DNA of 43,340 bases from contig LWCA01000183.1 of the NCBI GenBank assembly GCA_001642005.1, positions 1 to 43,340 of the forward strand, written 5' to 3'. Below, one piece after another: positions 1-11,900 of the stretch. The notes beneath the pieces are model-generated. The model saw nothing but the letters and a program-made list of their open reading frames with translations. It did not search any database and had not been told where the DNA came from. The stretch comes from Intoshia linei (lineage: Eukaryota > Animalia > Orthonectida). Positions within the stretch are counted from its first letter, which is position 1. Each line of letters begins with the position of its first letter. The translations under genes were made by a program, and so were the position numbers.

Positions 1-928
1 TTCTAAATGAGTGAATTTACATAATTGATATTTTTATTATCAACAAAAAGATTAAATATAAGACATAATTTCATCTTGTTAATACTTAATACTCTTAAAA
101 ACTCTATGATAATTTGTAATGTAATATATTCAAATACATAATTATTATATAATTTATATACCTTCAAAAAGTGGAAAATACAAAATTAATTTGATTATTA
201 AATGATTGAATAAATTCAATGAGCGTTAATTATTAAATGTTAATCAATTGTCAATTGTTATGTAAAAGTTTTTTGCTACTACTTAATTCGTCTATTTTCT
301 GAGTCTTTAACATTATATTTAAATAGTCTATTTTTAATTAATGAATTTGGTGGTATGACCAGGCTACTACATTTTCCAATATTTTTTAATGGAAAATTAA
401 TAATATATCTACTGGATATTGCAGTAGTACTTACAAAGCTTTTAGTAGATATGATAGTTGACACGTTTTCATTTTTATAAAGGTTTGAAGTAAGTACAGA
501 CAAAGTCGTGGAGATAATCATATGTCTCGTGTCTACAATCATGAGGGCCTACTTTTTTAATTTATTAATAGGTATTGATGAAAAATTTATTAAGTATATC
601 ATAATTTCGGATAATCAATGCGATTTCCAATGGTTATTTTTAATTATTAGATAATGAACGTTCAATTAATTAATGTATAGAGGTCCATTTTTAAAAAATT
701 TTTTATAGGCCTATACTTTCCATCGAGTCCGGTTCTACTGCTGGCTCTCCAAGACCATTATTATGACCAAATCAGCTTTAATTTTTAAATTGATTCCGTT
801 TAATTTAAGTAACTAGTTAACACTTTATTTATAATTAATATTGTATTGAATGATTTTTAATTAGGGGTGCACAGTCATTAAAATCAATATTTGGGGGTGC
901 ATAGTTCAAAAAATGTTAAGAACCACTG
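1..928 (+). mobile_element. Non-autonomous hAT (Buster/Charlie-type) element, left end outside the window
   Basis: Right terminus AAGAACCACTG ends at 928, followed by the TA-centred 8-mer CCTTAGGG, with subterminal GGGGTGCA repeats. Bases 1-88 are the near-exact reverse complement of ~41165-41252 in the transposase-bearing copy, whose terminus (CAGTGGTTCT) matches. Confidence 0.75.
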
Positions 929-943
929 CCTTAGGGCATAGGG

Positions 944-1075
944 CAGTGTTTGCCAAACTTTCATCAACCAATGATTATTGAAAGAAAATAAATATTATTT
1001 AAAATTTAAAATTTCATTTATCAAAATTTCCAATGCGTCACGTGATGTGCATTCGCCATATGTTGGCCACTCCTA
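944..1075. mobile_element. Small degenerate hAT MITE
   Basis: Ends CAGTGTTTGCCAA ... TTGGCCACTCCTA. Flanking 8-mers GCATAGGG / GTCTAGGG match 6/8 with central TA. Confidence 0.5.
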
Positions 1076-1887
1076 GTCTAGGGGCTTTTTTAAATTTTAT
1101 GAAAAAAGGACAATTGGGGTTTTTAACGTTGAAGACTCAATTTGTGAAAATGAATTTTGCGATAAAACAACACTCTCGAAAAACTTATAGAATAATGTAA
1201 TTTTTAAAACTCGACTTCTTTTATTTTCTTAAATAAACTGAAACAGACAAACAAATAAATAAATAATTTTAACAGACGTACAATTTTTAACTAAATTACT
1301 TTATATCAGACAGGATAATTTACCAAAAAATGTGACACCCTAATTGTTAGTGCTTAATATTTATATATAGGTAGATTCTACTTTTTATATAAAAATTTGA
1401 CAATACTACACTTTATATCAGTATTTCTTAAACTTTACATTTGACGGACCCCAATAAAAAATTTTTATCTGTAATAAACTGAGAAATTTAACAATGGTGC
1501 ATTTATTAGTTCAAACTATAGATTAAAGATTAATTTTTATTATAAATTTTATAAACAAAAAATGATATATTCATAAATAATTTAAATGAGAAATATGCAA
1601 CTGTTTCTGTTCTACAAGAAAATTTATGTTAGGTTTTATATTTGACAATTTAATTCGTAGATCAGACTCTACCTTGAGACGATTTAAAATTTAGATTTGA
1701 GATGTACTAATTGGGAAAAGACTTGTTCACATAAATATGTGATATAAAATGAAGGAAAATGTTTAACGTCAAATTTAAAAGTTCGGGTAAATCTCTATTA
1801 ATCCTTACGAGACAATACCATGTATTGTATTTACATTATATATATACAAAAAAGAACAATTATACATTTACATTTGTTTGTATACAT

Positions 1888-2578
1888 CAGAGGTGGGAAC
1901 CGATTGATAAAAAACGGTTTTTAAAGCGGTTTTAGCGGTTTTCGGTTAAGCGTTTCAATCAACCAACCACCGTTCAAATTCAAAAACAGTTTTTTGCTTG
2001 AGGATCTTATACATAATGAAGCAAAAAAGGAAAGGGAAATTTTAATTATGTCTTTACAAAATCGATTAGTGTCTTTAAAATTGAAGCTATTTCATTAATT
2101 CGTCGGTTTTACATGAAAACAAGGCATATATTTATAGATGATGGAATAGATAACTGTAATGATATTGAAGATGAAATTGTTAATTTTAATGGATACATCC
2201 AATTCAATTAATTATCAAATATTTTGTTTTGAAAAGATAATTCAATATAATTTAAAAAATTAAATATTATTGCACAGAGCATTCTCTCCATTCAGGTTTC
2301 TCAGGTATCTGTGGAACGAGCTGTGTCAGACATAGGAATTTTTTTCAGCTCAAAAAGGACGAAGATTAATTCTAACATAATTGCAGATATACTATTCTTA
2401 AAAATTAATAAACGTTTCAATAAATGATTTACTACTTGACTTACTTTTTTTTCTACCGTTGTAAACTGTTTCATTAACCGGGAAAACCACCCCACAATTC
2501 TCTCGGTTTTGTCAACCGGTTTTTTGTAAACCGGTTTTATCAGCTGCAATCGTGTAACTGAATCGGTTTTCACCTGTG
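1888..2578 (+). mobile_element. Internally deleted hAT (Ac-like) transposon retaining the C-terminal dimerization-domain coding remnant
   Basis: TIRs CAGAGGTGGGAACCGATT / AATCGGTTTTCACCTGTG. Perfect 8-bp TSD GTATACAT (1880-1887, 2579-2586). Subterminal AACCG/CGGTT repeats. ~2257-2427 reads KLNIIAQSILSIQVSQVSVERAVSDIGIFFSSKRTKINSNIIADILFLKINKRFNK*. Confidence 0.92.
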
Positions 2579-3477
2579 GTATACATACAAAAAATTAATA
2601 TTTAAAAGTGTTAACGGTTTGCTGGCATATAAAATATTAATATATAAAAAATCTTTTCAACCAAAATGTTAGAATGTCATCTGTATTAAATACAATTTTA
2701 AGTGAATTTTCGCAAGATAAATTGATAAGATTGTCCTGCTAGGGTATAGATAATTTTTTAGCATATGCAATATTTAAACAGAAGGATTCCAATCCAATTA
2801 TTACATAAATCTTGCATAGAAAAATATTTTCTGAATTAATTTTTTCGACAAGTCAAACTATCCACAAAAACCATACAAAATTTCTTGTTTAGATATTTTT
2901 AAATCATTATAAAGTGTTGGAAACGATTCATAAATTGAGTTTTTAATCCGTTTTAACCATAAAACTATTTTTTTATTAATAGCTGAATTTTATCTTCAAT
3001 ATTAAATTTGTTTACATTTCTTCCTTGTAAACTTAAATATAAAATATTTAAATAATTATTTATTATTATTGAATGCGTCCGTTAAATATGCGTCTTTAAT
3101 TAAAAATTTAAAATTATTAAATATGTATATTTCTGCATTCAAATGTTATTTCAAATTTATTTCAAAAAAAATTATTATCTTTTCTTAAAATACTTCGCGG
3201 ATTCCTGGAAAATCCTACCAACCCCCTGGAGTGCGCAGTATAATTTTTTTAAATAATAAAACAAGTTCCATAACCAATTATATGGGTTCAATATAAGTAA
3301 TATAACGTATTACATATTATTATTTAGACGTGTTTATACATTCTTACGCATCATGTGTTTATATTTTTTCTAAATAGATTTTACAAGCTGTAATCGTAGA
3401 ATATTTAAAATTATTTTGTAACATTATGAAGACAATAAAAAATTTTAATAAAAATTTAAATTTTAAGTTTTAATAAA

Positions 3478-4154
3478 AATGTTTTGAAAATGAGAATTTC
3501 AAATTTCAAAATTGCGTAGCAATAAAAAAAATTCCGAAGAAATGAATTATATAGATTTTCACCCATATTTCTTTATTGGAAATGAGTAGACGTTCAATGC
3601 ATATTTTTTTCAAACTGTGGGATCAATATTTACATTTTCATATTTTAATTTTAATCGAAATATTTGAAAAATATTGGTTGATAATATATTAAAAATTATT
3701 TTTCACCGGGAATGTGTAAATTTCTGGGGTTGAAATTTTGTATTTATATCAACTGGAATAAGCTCTATCAGAAAATTTTTTTTTTAAATTTTCGGACCGT
3801 TAATTATTTCCCATTTTGTGTTTTAATAAAATATTTCGGAAAAAAATCTATGAATACCAAAATGCTTTTTTGACCGTGAAGTCGTCACTTATTCGGATTG
3901 AAATTGTTTGCAATTCTAGGGATGTTTTTATTCAAAAAAGAAGGGTAATTTGAGATTGTGTGGCTCTAAAGATATAATTTAACATTTATATAGATTTTCA
4001 GCTATATTTATTTATTAGAAATGTGTTGACGTTCAATGCACAATTTTTTTGAAATTGTAAGATCAATATTTACATTTTCAATTTTTATTTTAATAAAAAT
4101 ATTTGAAAAATATTGGTTGAAAATATATCAAAAATTATTTTTCACCGGGAATGT
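3478..4154 (+). repeat. Interspersed repeat family copy with internal duplication (3548-3715 ~ 3987-4154)
   Basis: Reverse-complement matches at ~26550-26945 (e.g. GACCGTGAAGTCGTCACTTATTCGGA) and ~18350-18550; partial direct match at ~16915-17000. Confidence 0.85.
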
Positions 4155-5917
4155 TAATTAAGATTAAAAAATATAGAGTTTTCGAAAAAAAATAAGATAA
4201 CCGATTATTTTAATATGATCAAATAATTTTTCATCATATTTGTTTTTATCAGATATTAAGTATAAACTAAGATTTTATTGTCTTGTCTTAATATTTTTGC
4301 CTTTCTCAAATTTTCAATTTTATTTATACATTTTTTAATACTATAAAAGTCTATTTTTTAAATAAATGCATTATTTTTTTTATGTACTTTATTAACTTAT
4401 CATTATCAACTTTCTTCATCTGATTAAATACATCATTATTTAATTAATTTAATAGATAACATAATTTTATCGTTACCCTCAGTTTTCGTGGTACTTTACA
4501 AAAAAGGTGCCCAAAACGGGGTTATACTGTATTAGCAATGTATCAATAACTTGACTATTTTGACTTTTTTGATAAAATTTAAAAATCGTGTTTAAAATAA
4601 TCACTGATACAAGTAAACATTTTTTTTTTTAAAGATTTTTCATATTAAAGCGATTCTAAAGGTGAGCCATTTACGAATCTGCAAATGAAATTCTTTTATT
4701 CATTTTTTGATTCTTTTATATATTCATGCGATGAATTTGACCAATTTTTTTTATATTCAATTTTGTGATTTAGTTTTAGATTTTCACATTATGTTGTACA
4801 TGTTGACATTAATTTAATTCACCATGCACATAATTCACTTACCCATTTTACCGACAGCAAAATACGTGACACAAGTCAATCACTATTATGATAAAAATAT
4901 GTTGAAATAATAATAATTCCTATTTCGCTGACGGCATGAACCTCATCTTATGACACGCAATTTTATTTCATCATGTTTAACTTATCTTTACTTGTCACAC
5001 TGAAATGTCGAACATGAAATTAACCCCATAATGATATCTGCATTATTTAATTTTTAGTATTGTGTAATCTGGAATAATGGAATAATAATATAATTAAATA
5101 ATTAATTCTTCACATAAGGCAGTGATGTCCTATGTAGATGGCAAAGCTTATCTAGATATAAAAGAAACGTTCATTTGATTTTTGGTTTTGTGTATTGAGC
5201 AGATTTAATAATAGTATATTTTTTTCACTTTTATAAAAAAGGTAATTTGGGTTTTTAGTCTTGAACAATTTTCATTGAACATGTCAGTCTATCAAGTGTT
5301 AATGTACAACCATTTTAATAATTTTAAAAAGCGTCCCAGAATTTATGTTTTTTAAAATTCTAGTTTTAAACCCTTTTATTTCTAAAAAAAAAGATATTTT
5401 GGGTGTTTAACCTGATGAACTTAATTTTTTAAAATAGCATTTTCATCACTTTTGAAAAATCAAATTAAAAATTGGGCTTTTTAATTCTAGTAGTCTTAAT
5501 TTTTTAATGAAACGGTAACAGACAGACATTTATTTTAATACAAGAAACATCCCCTTAACTAGCTGTTTTTACGCGGTACAAAACAAGCTTCATTCATTTA
5601 TTCATAATAAAGATGTAAAACATATTTTCGATAAATGAAATGATTGACAAGTGTAAATTTACATTTGAATAAAATACATAAATTTGAAAATTATACAGAT
5701 TTTATTGATTTTATGCACATTGTACTTTGTACTGTATGATACATCAAACCAATTTTGATAAAACGTAATTAATAGTGACAATCGAATATCTAATAAATTG
5801 ACAATTAAAAATTATAAATACAGTAAAATTGTATACATAAATGGTCAATTAATCTATAAATTTGAACATTTATTTAAACAAAATTTATATAATTTATATA
5901 ATTTTTTATATAACAAT

Positions 5918-8900
5918 TTAGTATAAATTAAAATCATGAGAAGGAAAAAGAGGTGGATTATGAACATTATTATATAAATTTTGTGAATTTGGGTTTTGAG
6001 AATGTAAATTTTGACTAAATTGAAATGTAGAATTGTATGGATTGGAACCTAAATTTGGTTGATTCATTTGATTAATTCCATTATACAAAGAGGACGGTGT
6101 ATTATTAACATTTTGTCTCGCATTGTAATTAAAACTGGAAAAATAAGGATACATGCTAGATGAATTCATATGAATAGGATTAACATTATCACTAATTATG
6201 CTTTGATTGGAATTATAACATATATTTTGGTTTGGTCCTTGAAGATAATACGAATTTTGTTTCAATTTTCGTTCCTTACTCCTACGATTTTGAAACCACA
6301 CCTAAATACACTTATATATGAATTATCTTGTCAATATATGGATTTATTGATTAAAGATTTAAAAATCAATAAAATTGCAATTGAATAAATTCAAGATGAA
6401 AGAACTTTGAATAAAACTCGGATTTTTACATTGGAAATTTACAAAAAATGTTAATTATATTAAAAAGATACATTTTAAAGCAATAACCTGACCAAGTTAA
6501 TTCAATTAATTAAAAATTTAATACATAATATTTAAAAAATTAAAATACCTGAATAACTCTCATAGACAACCCGGTTGTAAGAGCTAATTGTTCTCTAATA
6601 TGTCTAGTTGGTTTAGGTGTATTTTTAAAAGCACATTTTAAAACTTCCAATTGTGAAGCTTTTATTGTAGTACGTGGACCACGCCGTTTCAGAGCCGATT
6701 TAAAGTTATTAATGGATTGACCATCATTGTCTATTGAATTTGAAACTGATTTTGCATCATTTTCAGTTTCATTGTCAACATATTGTTCCTTGTTTTCTTT
6801 TGTAATATTTATATTATCCAAAGATTTATGATCATCGCAATTTGAAAATGATGAAACTGTAGATTCGTTTATTTCGCTATCTTCATTTTTTGGAGGTGTA
6901 TTAATTTTCAAATTTTCTAATTTTTTTTCGTATAATGCTAAATTAATTTTTAGTTAAACATTAAAAATTTCCTCATATTAAATCAGTGGTTTTCAACCTT
7001 TTTGTGTTCGCGACCCCCTTATAAACATAAAAAATTTTCTATATACTCCAAACATTTTATCAATTCACATAAATGAAAATATTAAAAAAGCATATTCAGT
7101 TTTATTTATATTTTATACTGTGTTCAAATTCTCACGACCCCCCTGATAAATTTTGCGACCCCCGGTTGAAAACACTGTATTTAATTAATATTAGTTAATA
7201 ATTAAGTTTTATATAATGATCGTGGCAGTGGGTCATCGCGAGGGACTATTATATACAATTTATAAATTCTAATAAATACAGGACATGTATAGAGTAGATT
7301 TTCATCCTCGCGCTCGCGATGAAATTTAAGTTTTTATGCAATAAAATTTGATTTTTACCATCAAATTTATAGAAATGTAATCTATACCTCTTGCAGATAA
7401 AATTTATTTAAAAACTTTAAAATTTGTTTTTTTTTAATTTTTTTCAGATTTTTTTCATTTTTTAAAAAAAAAAAGGGTAATTTACTTTTGTTTTAAATGG
7501 TTTTAACAGATTTTTTTAGTAATGTGTTTAATTTATGTATTCGGATAAATCATTAAATTTTAATAAACTATCAATTTATTCAAACTAATTTTTCAATTAT
7601 TACGTTTCATTTTGACATTATTTACGTGTCAAGTTTTGACAAAAATATTTACTTATAATAGGGACTATTTTTAAATTACTGGGCTTCAAACACATATAAA
7701 CTTTCATAAATTTAAATTTGAAATACAAAAAACCAATCAGAAACGAGCCAACCATGCCCGAGGTCACGAAAATTAAAAATATATCCCAATAAATTTTGCT
7801 CAAACTATTTTACGATAAGTAATACCATATGGTCATATGGTTTACATTTATAATTATTTATTACATTTAAATTTACGAAAATTAACATGTAAATTAGAGT
7901 TAATAATTAATAAAAATTTTGAATTCATCAACATTATGATAATTTTCAATTTCGAAATCTTATATTTTCACTAGGGGTGTGAATTTTTTCACTTTTTTGC
8001 AAAAATAATAAAAGTGCCAACCCATACGTGGAAGATGAGGTTGAATGATACACAATTATCAAAAAATTATATAAAAAGGATTAAAAAAACCCTAGACAAA
8101 GCACTTCAAAATATGAATAATGAGCAATTTCATAGTAATAATTATTTCCATAACAATTAATTTTCAATTTATATTTTTTTATATTTATCAGTTTTCTCAA
8201 TTGAATCGGTTTTTTTATCAATTCGGCGTTCATGATTCGCTAGACGATAATTTTGGGCATCTTTATAGCTATTTGTATAAAAAATTTTATATTTAAAATA
8301 ATGTAAATTATTATATATTAATTATATTAATTTTTTAAGAAAATTGTCATATATTAGTTACTGTGAGCGATTGTTCAAAACTTTAGAGGCGATGCCCCAG
8401 GGTTTTTTTTAACAGTTTAGAGGTAAGATTGGGTGCAAATTGAATATTTTCAAAATTTTCATATGTTGAAAGGGTGCATTTTTGATATAAAAATTCGTTC
8501 ACACCCCTAATCTTTACGTATCCTATAATCCAAAACCCAAAATTACCCTTTTTTTGTAAAAATTAAAAAATTTACAGTTGATACAGATCCAGATAACACA
8601 TAAAAAATATTAAAAACATCAATAGGTAAATTCTCAATTTTCGAAAGACAAGGAATGAGAACTAATAATTTAAACAGGATATACCAGCACTGAGAAATAT
8701 TAAACCTAACGTTGTGAGTCAAAGATGGTATTTTCTGCTGTCGACAATATAATTACATAAGGTACATCAAGAATATCCGCAATATTCTTAAAATACTATT
8801 TTAAAACTTCAAATCTGCCGTAATATTGTCAAATTCTGGTGACCCTAGTTGAGAATCCCAACTTGGAATCATATAGATGAGTTTGAATTACATTTAGTGA

Positions 8901-11900
8901 AAGAATGCTCAACTGATTTTTATTCATGAAATTTTAATAGTTCGTGTTTTGAGTCGACAATTTTAGTTTGAATCGTACAGCATCGTGTCACAGAACGCTG
9001 GTACGAATCATGATATCAATGTAAGCAAACATTTATTTCTGTAATCAATGATTCATTAAAAAATCTTTTAAATTTCTTCAACAATCATATACACTAGATC
9101 AAAACCGAAATTTTATCAAGCTCAAAGCAACTCAAAAATAAAAAATAGGATCATAAAAAAACTTTTACAATCGATCCGCAGTGTGATATAGCCCTTTACC
9201 ATTTTTATAATGCTCTTGAGGTGACATTTCAAATTTAACACATAAAATAGTTATGATATTCAAGAATATAATTTTTTGAATACTCACATTGGTAAAATAA
9301 ATAAAATGCGGCCACCATTTTACAAAAATTTCATCAAGCCTGGCAACGAGGTTTCTCGGATACGGTAGATTCGTCACTGCACTAGGGTGTCACACGGAAT
9401 CATTAATGTTGTTTATTCAGTGTATGTTTGGTGTATTCATAAAAAATATTACTTAATCTAAATTTATAGACATAAAAAGTCACTACTCGACCAGGGCACA
9501 TTATTTTAATTATCTGCTATGAAATTGTGATAGAAAAATAAAAATAAATACATTTGTTTCCACTTGAAATGAATAATGTTGTATGTGTGTTTCTATGGAT
9601 TCAGAGTATTTGGTTCGTTTACCATACATGGGCGTAAATTTTTTTTTAAACAAACCTACACTAGACGTCAAAAAAATTCACAGATTTTCTAAACAATGTG
9701 ACACCCTAATATAAGCATCACAATTAGAGCTTGCAATTTCTCGTAAATTCTCGAGAAAAAAATTAACTCATACTATTAGTAATACAATAAAAAATTTTAA
9801 TTATGGAAGAACCAAAGATACTAACAGTTCCAAAATTTTTAATATTTTTAAAATAAGGACGGATTATAATGTGGTATTAATTGGTTGTTAACTTTAAAAT
9901 CTTATTAAAGTCATTTTTGAGACTATAAAGATGTACAATACAAATTTACATTCAAATATTTTTTATTTTTAAAACTGGTCCACTCAGAAAATGATATTTT
10001 CCACCATTACATTTTATCGTAGAAATCTTTTCAATTATTTGTCTTGTAATTTTTTCAAATGAACTATATAAAAGATTAATGACACAGTTTTGAGATATAG
10101 GCAAGCATATTGGTCTTAAATTTTTTCGAATAAAATTTGATCGAGTGCCTTGAATTATGGTTGTTCCATCTTACGCAATCAATTATGAGTTCAACCCTTT
10201 CGTGGCTATCATCATTTTTTTAAATACACAGCTATATTGGGATTTTTGGTTTGTTTTTTATTTACAGGTTCACCCAATGCTTTAATCATAAAATTTACGC
10301 ATGTTAAGTGACGATGTAAACCAGGTGTAAAAGAATTTTTATAATTTATCATTTTACCCCAAATAGAGCATTTTGCCTTTTTGTTTTCTCACTTAAAATA
10401 GTCCTATAAATTTTCGTAGAACATAGCGATAATCTTAAAAAGAAATAATCCAATACCAAATTGATAAATTCAATCTTACAACTGAATTGAATTACCATAA
10501 AATTTAATATTGTTTTGTTATTATAATAACTAAAATTATTTTGTTTTTACACGCTTAAATTTATAGCGACAATTAAAAATGATTATTCTTTGAATATTTT
10601 TATTTTTACATTTATATAACTACATTTTTGAAAATTTTTATATATAATTTTAAATTTAAGAATATTTAAATTTCTCGAGAAAAGAATTCTCGAGAGCAAG
10701 CACTAATCACAATTTAAAGTATAAATTTTAAAGTTTAACAGCAAAAAAATAATAAATACATTCATTGTACGATGTACTTTAAGCTAAAGATATTACAAGT
10801 TGTAATTTACAACATGTATTTATAAAAAGAAATCATATTTTATACATATAATTTTGGATTTTTTCCAATTTTCTTATATTTAAATACAGTGTATTCGTTA
10901 AACGATAACAAATATATATAATTTCACAGTAATTTGTTCAAATAACATTTATATTAAATTATTTTTTCTTGGGCAATAGACAAAAAATTTGTGTATTTAT
11001 ACTACACTATATCTTTTTATATAATGCATTAACGAATTAACATATTAAAATTAAAAAATAATATAATAAAGAAGAAATAAATAAATTTTAAATGTAAAAT
11101 TTTTCAATTTAAATGTAAACAAAAATACAAAATTCTTTACAAGTTAATTGGTATAAGAATAACTCGGTTAAGGTGGTTAGTAGATTCCTAGTACTCCCAC
11201 ATGAAATTATACTCTGAAAGTAAAATGTAAACACAATATATATGTATATAACATGTGCATATGCCCACTGATCATTACGCAGTATATTCATTCCCACATG
11301 AGCACGAAAGAACCCGTTTTTAATAAAGATAATAAGTTCATAAAAACAAATATTTTAATGTTTACATCGTAAAGTATCCCAATAAAAAGTATCGTTATGT
11401 TACCAGGTATTATTATACTATTATTGTATTCAAATACCCATATTTTATTAAAATTAAAAAACATTCTATGATTTATAGAAAACTTTATAACATCACATCA
11501 TAGTGTGGTTTTCAAGTTTTAATTAAAAAATTCAGATAAATTGTACAGTGTACAGTGTACACAAAGTCGTTGAAAGTGATACGCACTGATCAAACCCATT
11601 AAACCCATGTTTTTCACAAATACTGTAAAAAAATTGATTCCCGTTGATATTGTATTAAAATGACTTATATTACTCAAAAATATAAAATTAAATTATCTAC
11701 AAACTTAATTAAGCTAATTAAATGAAATTAACAAGTTAATTTCAAATATAACACAAAAATAAAAACAATAACCAATAAAATTAATCTTCTAAAAGTAAAC
11801 ATATTTAATTTACCCTTGAGGCAGAGAATATGTCGAATAAATGTAATAATTGATTAAATTATTACTAATTTTACCGATTGATAAAATTTAAAGTGAACAG

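Noticed and set aside
2301-2573. 90-aa minus-strand ORF
   Set aside because: Antisense to the hAT dimerization remnant and its subterminal repeats; incidental.
8750-9377. Fragments faintly like transposases ([10 protein letters not shown]; [11 protein letters not shown])
   Set aside because: Too short and degenerate to assign.
10140-10220. B-box-like GAGTTCAACCC followed by a T-run
   Set aside because: No convincing A box or stems, and it lies inside the 9725-10706 hAT element.
11109-11320. Possible extra Lhx1/5 exons or nested gene with a 39-nt GT-AG spacer and repeated TCCCACATGA
   Set aside because: No recognisable protein, and the Lhx1/5 exons join in phase without it.
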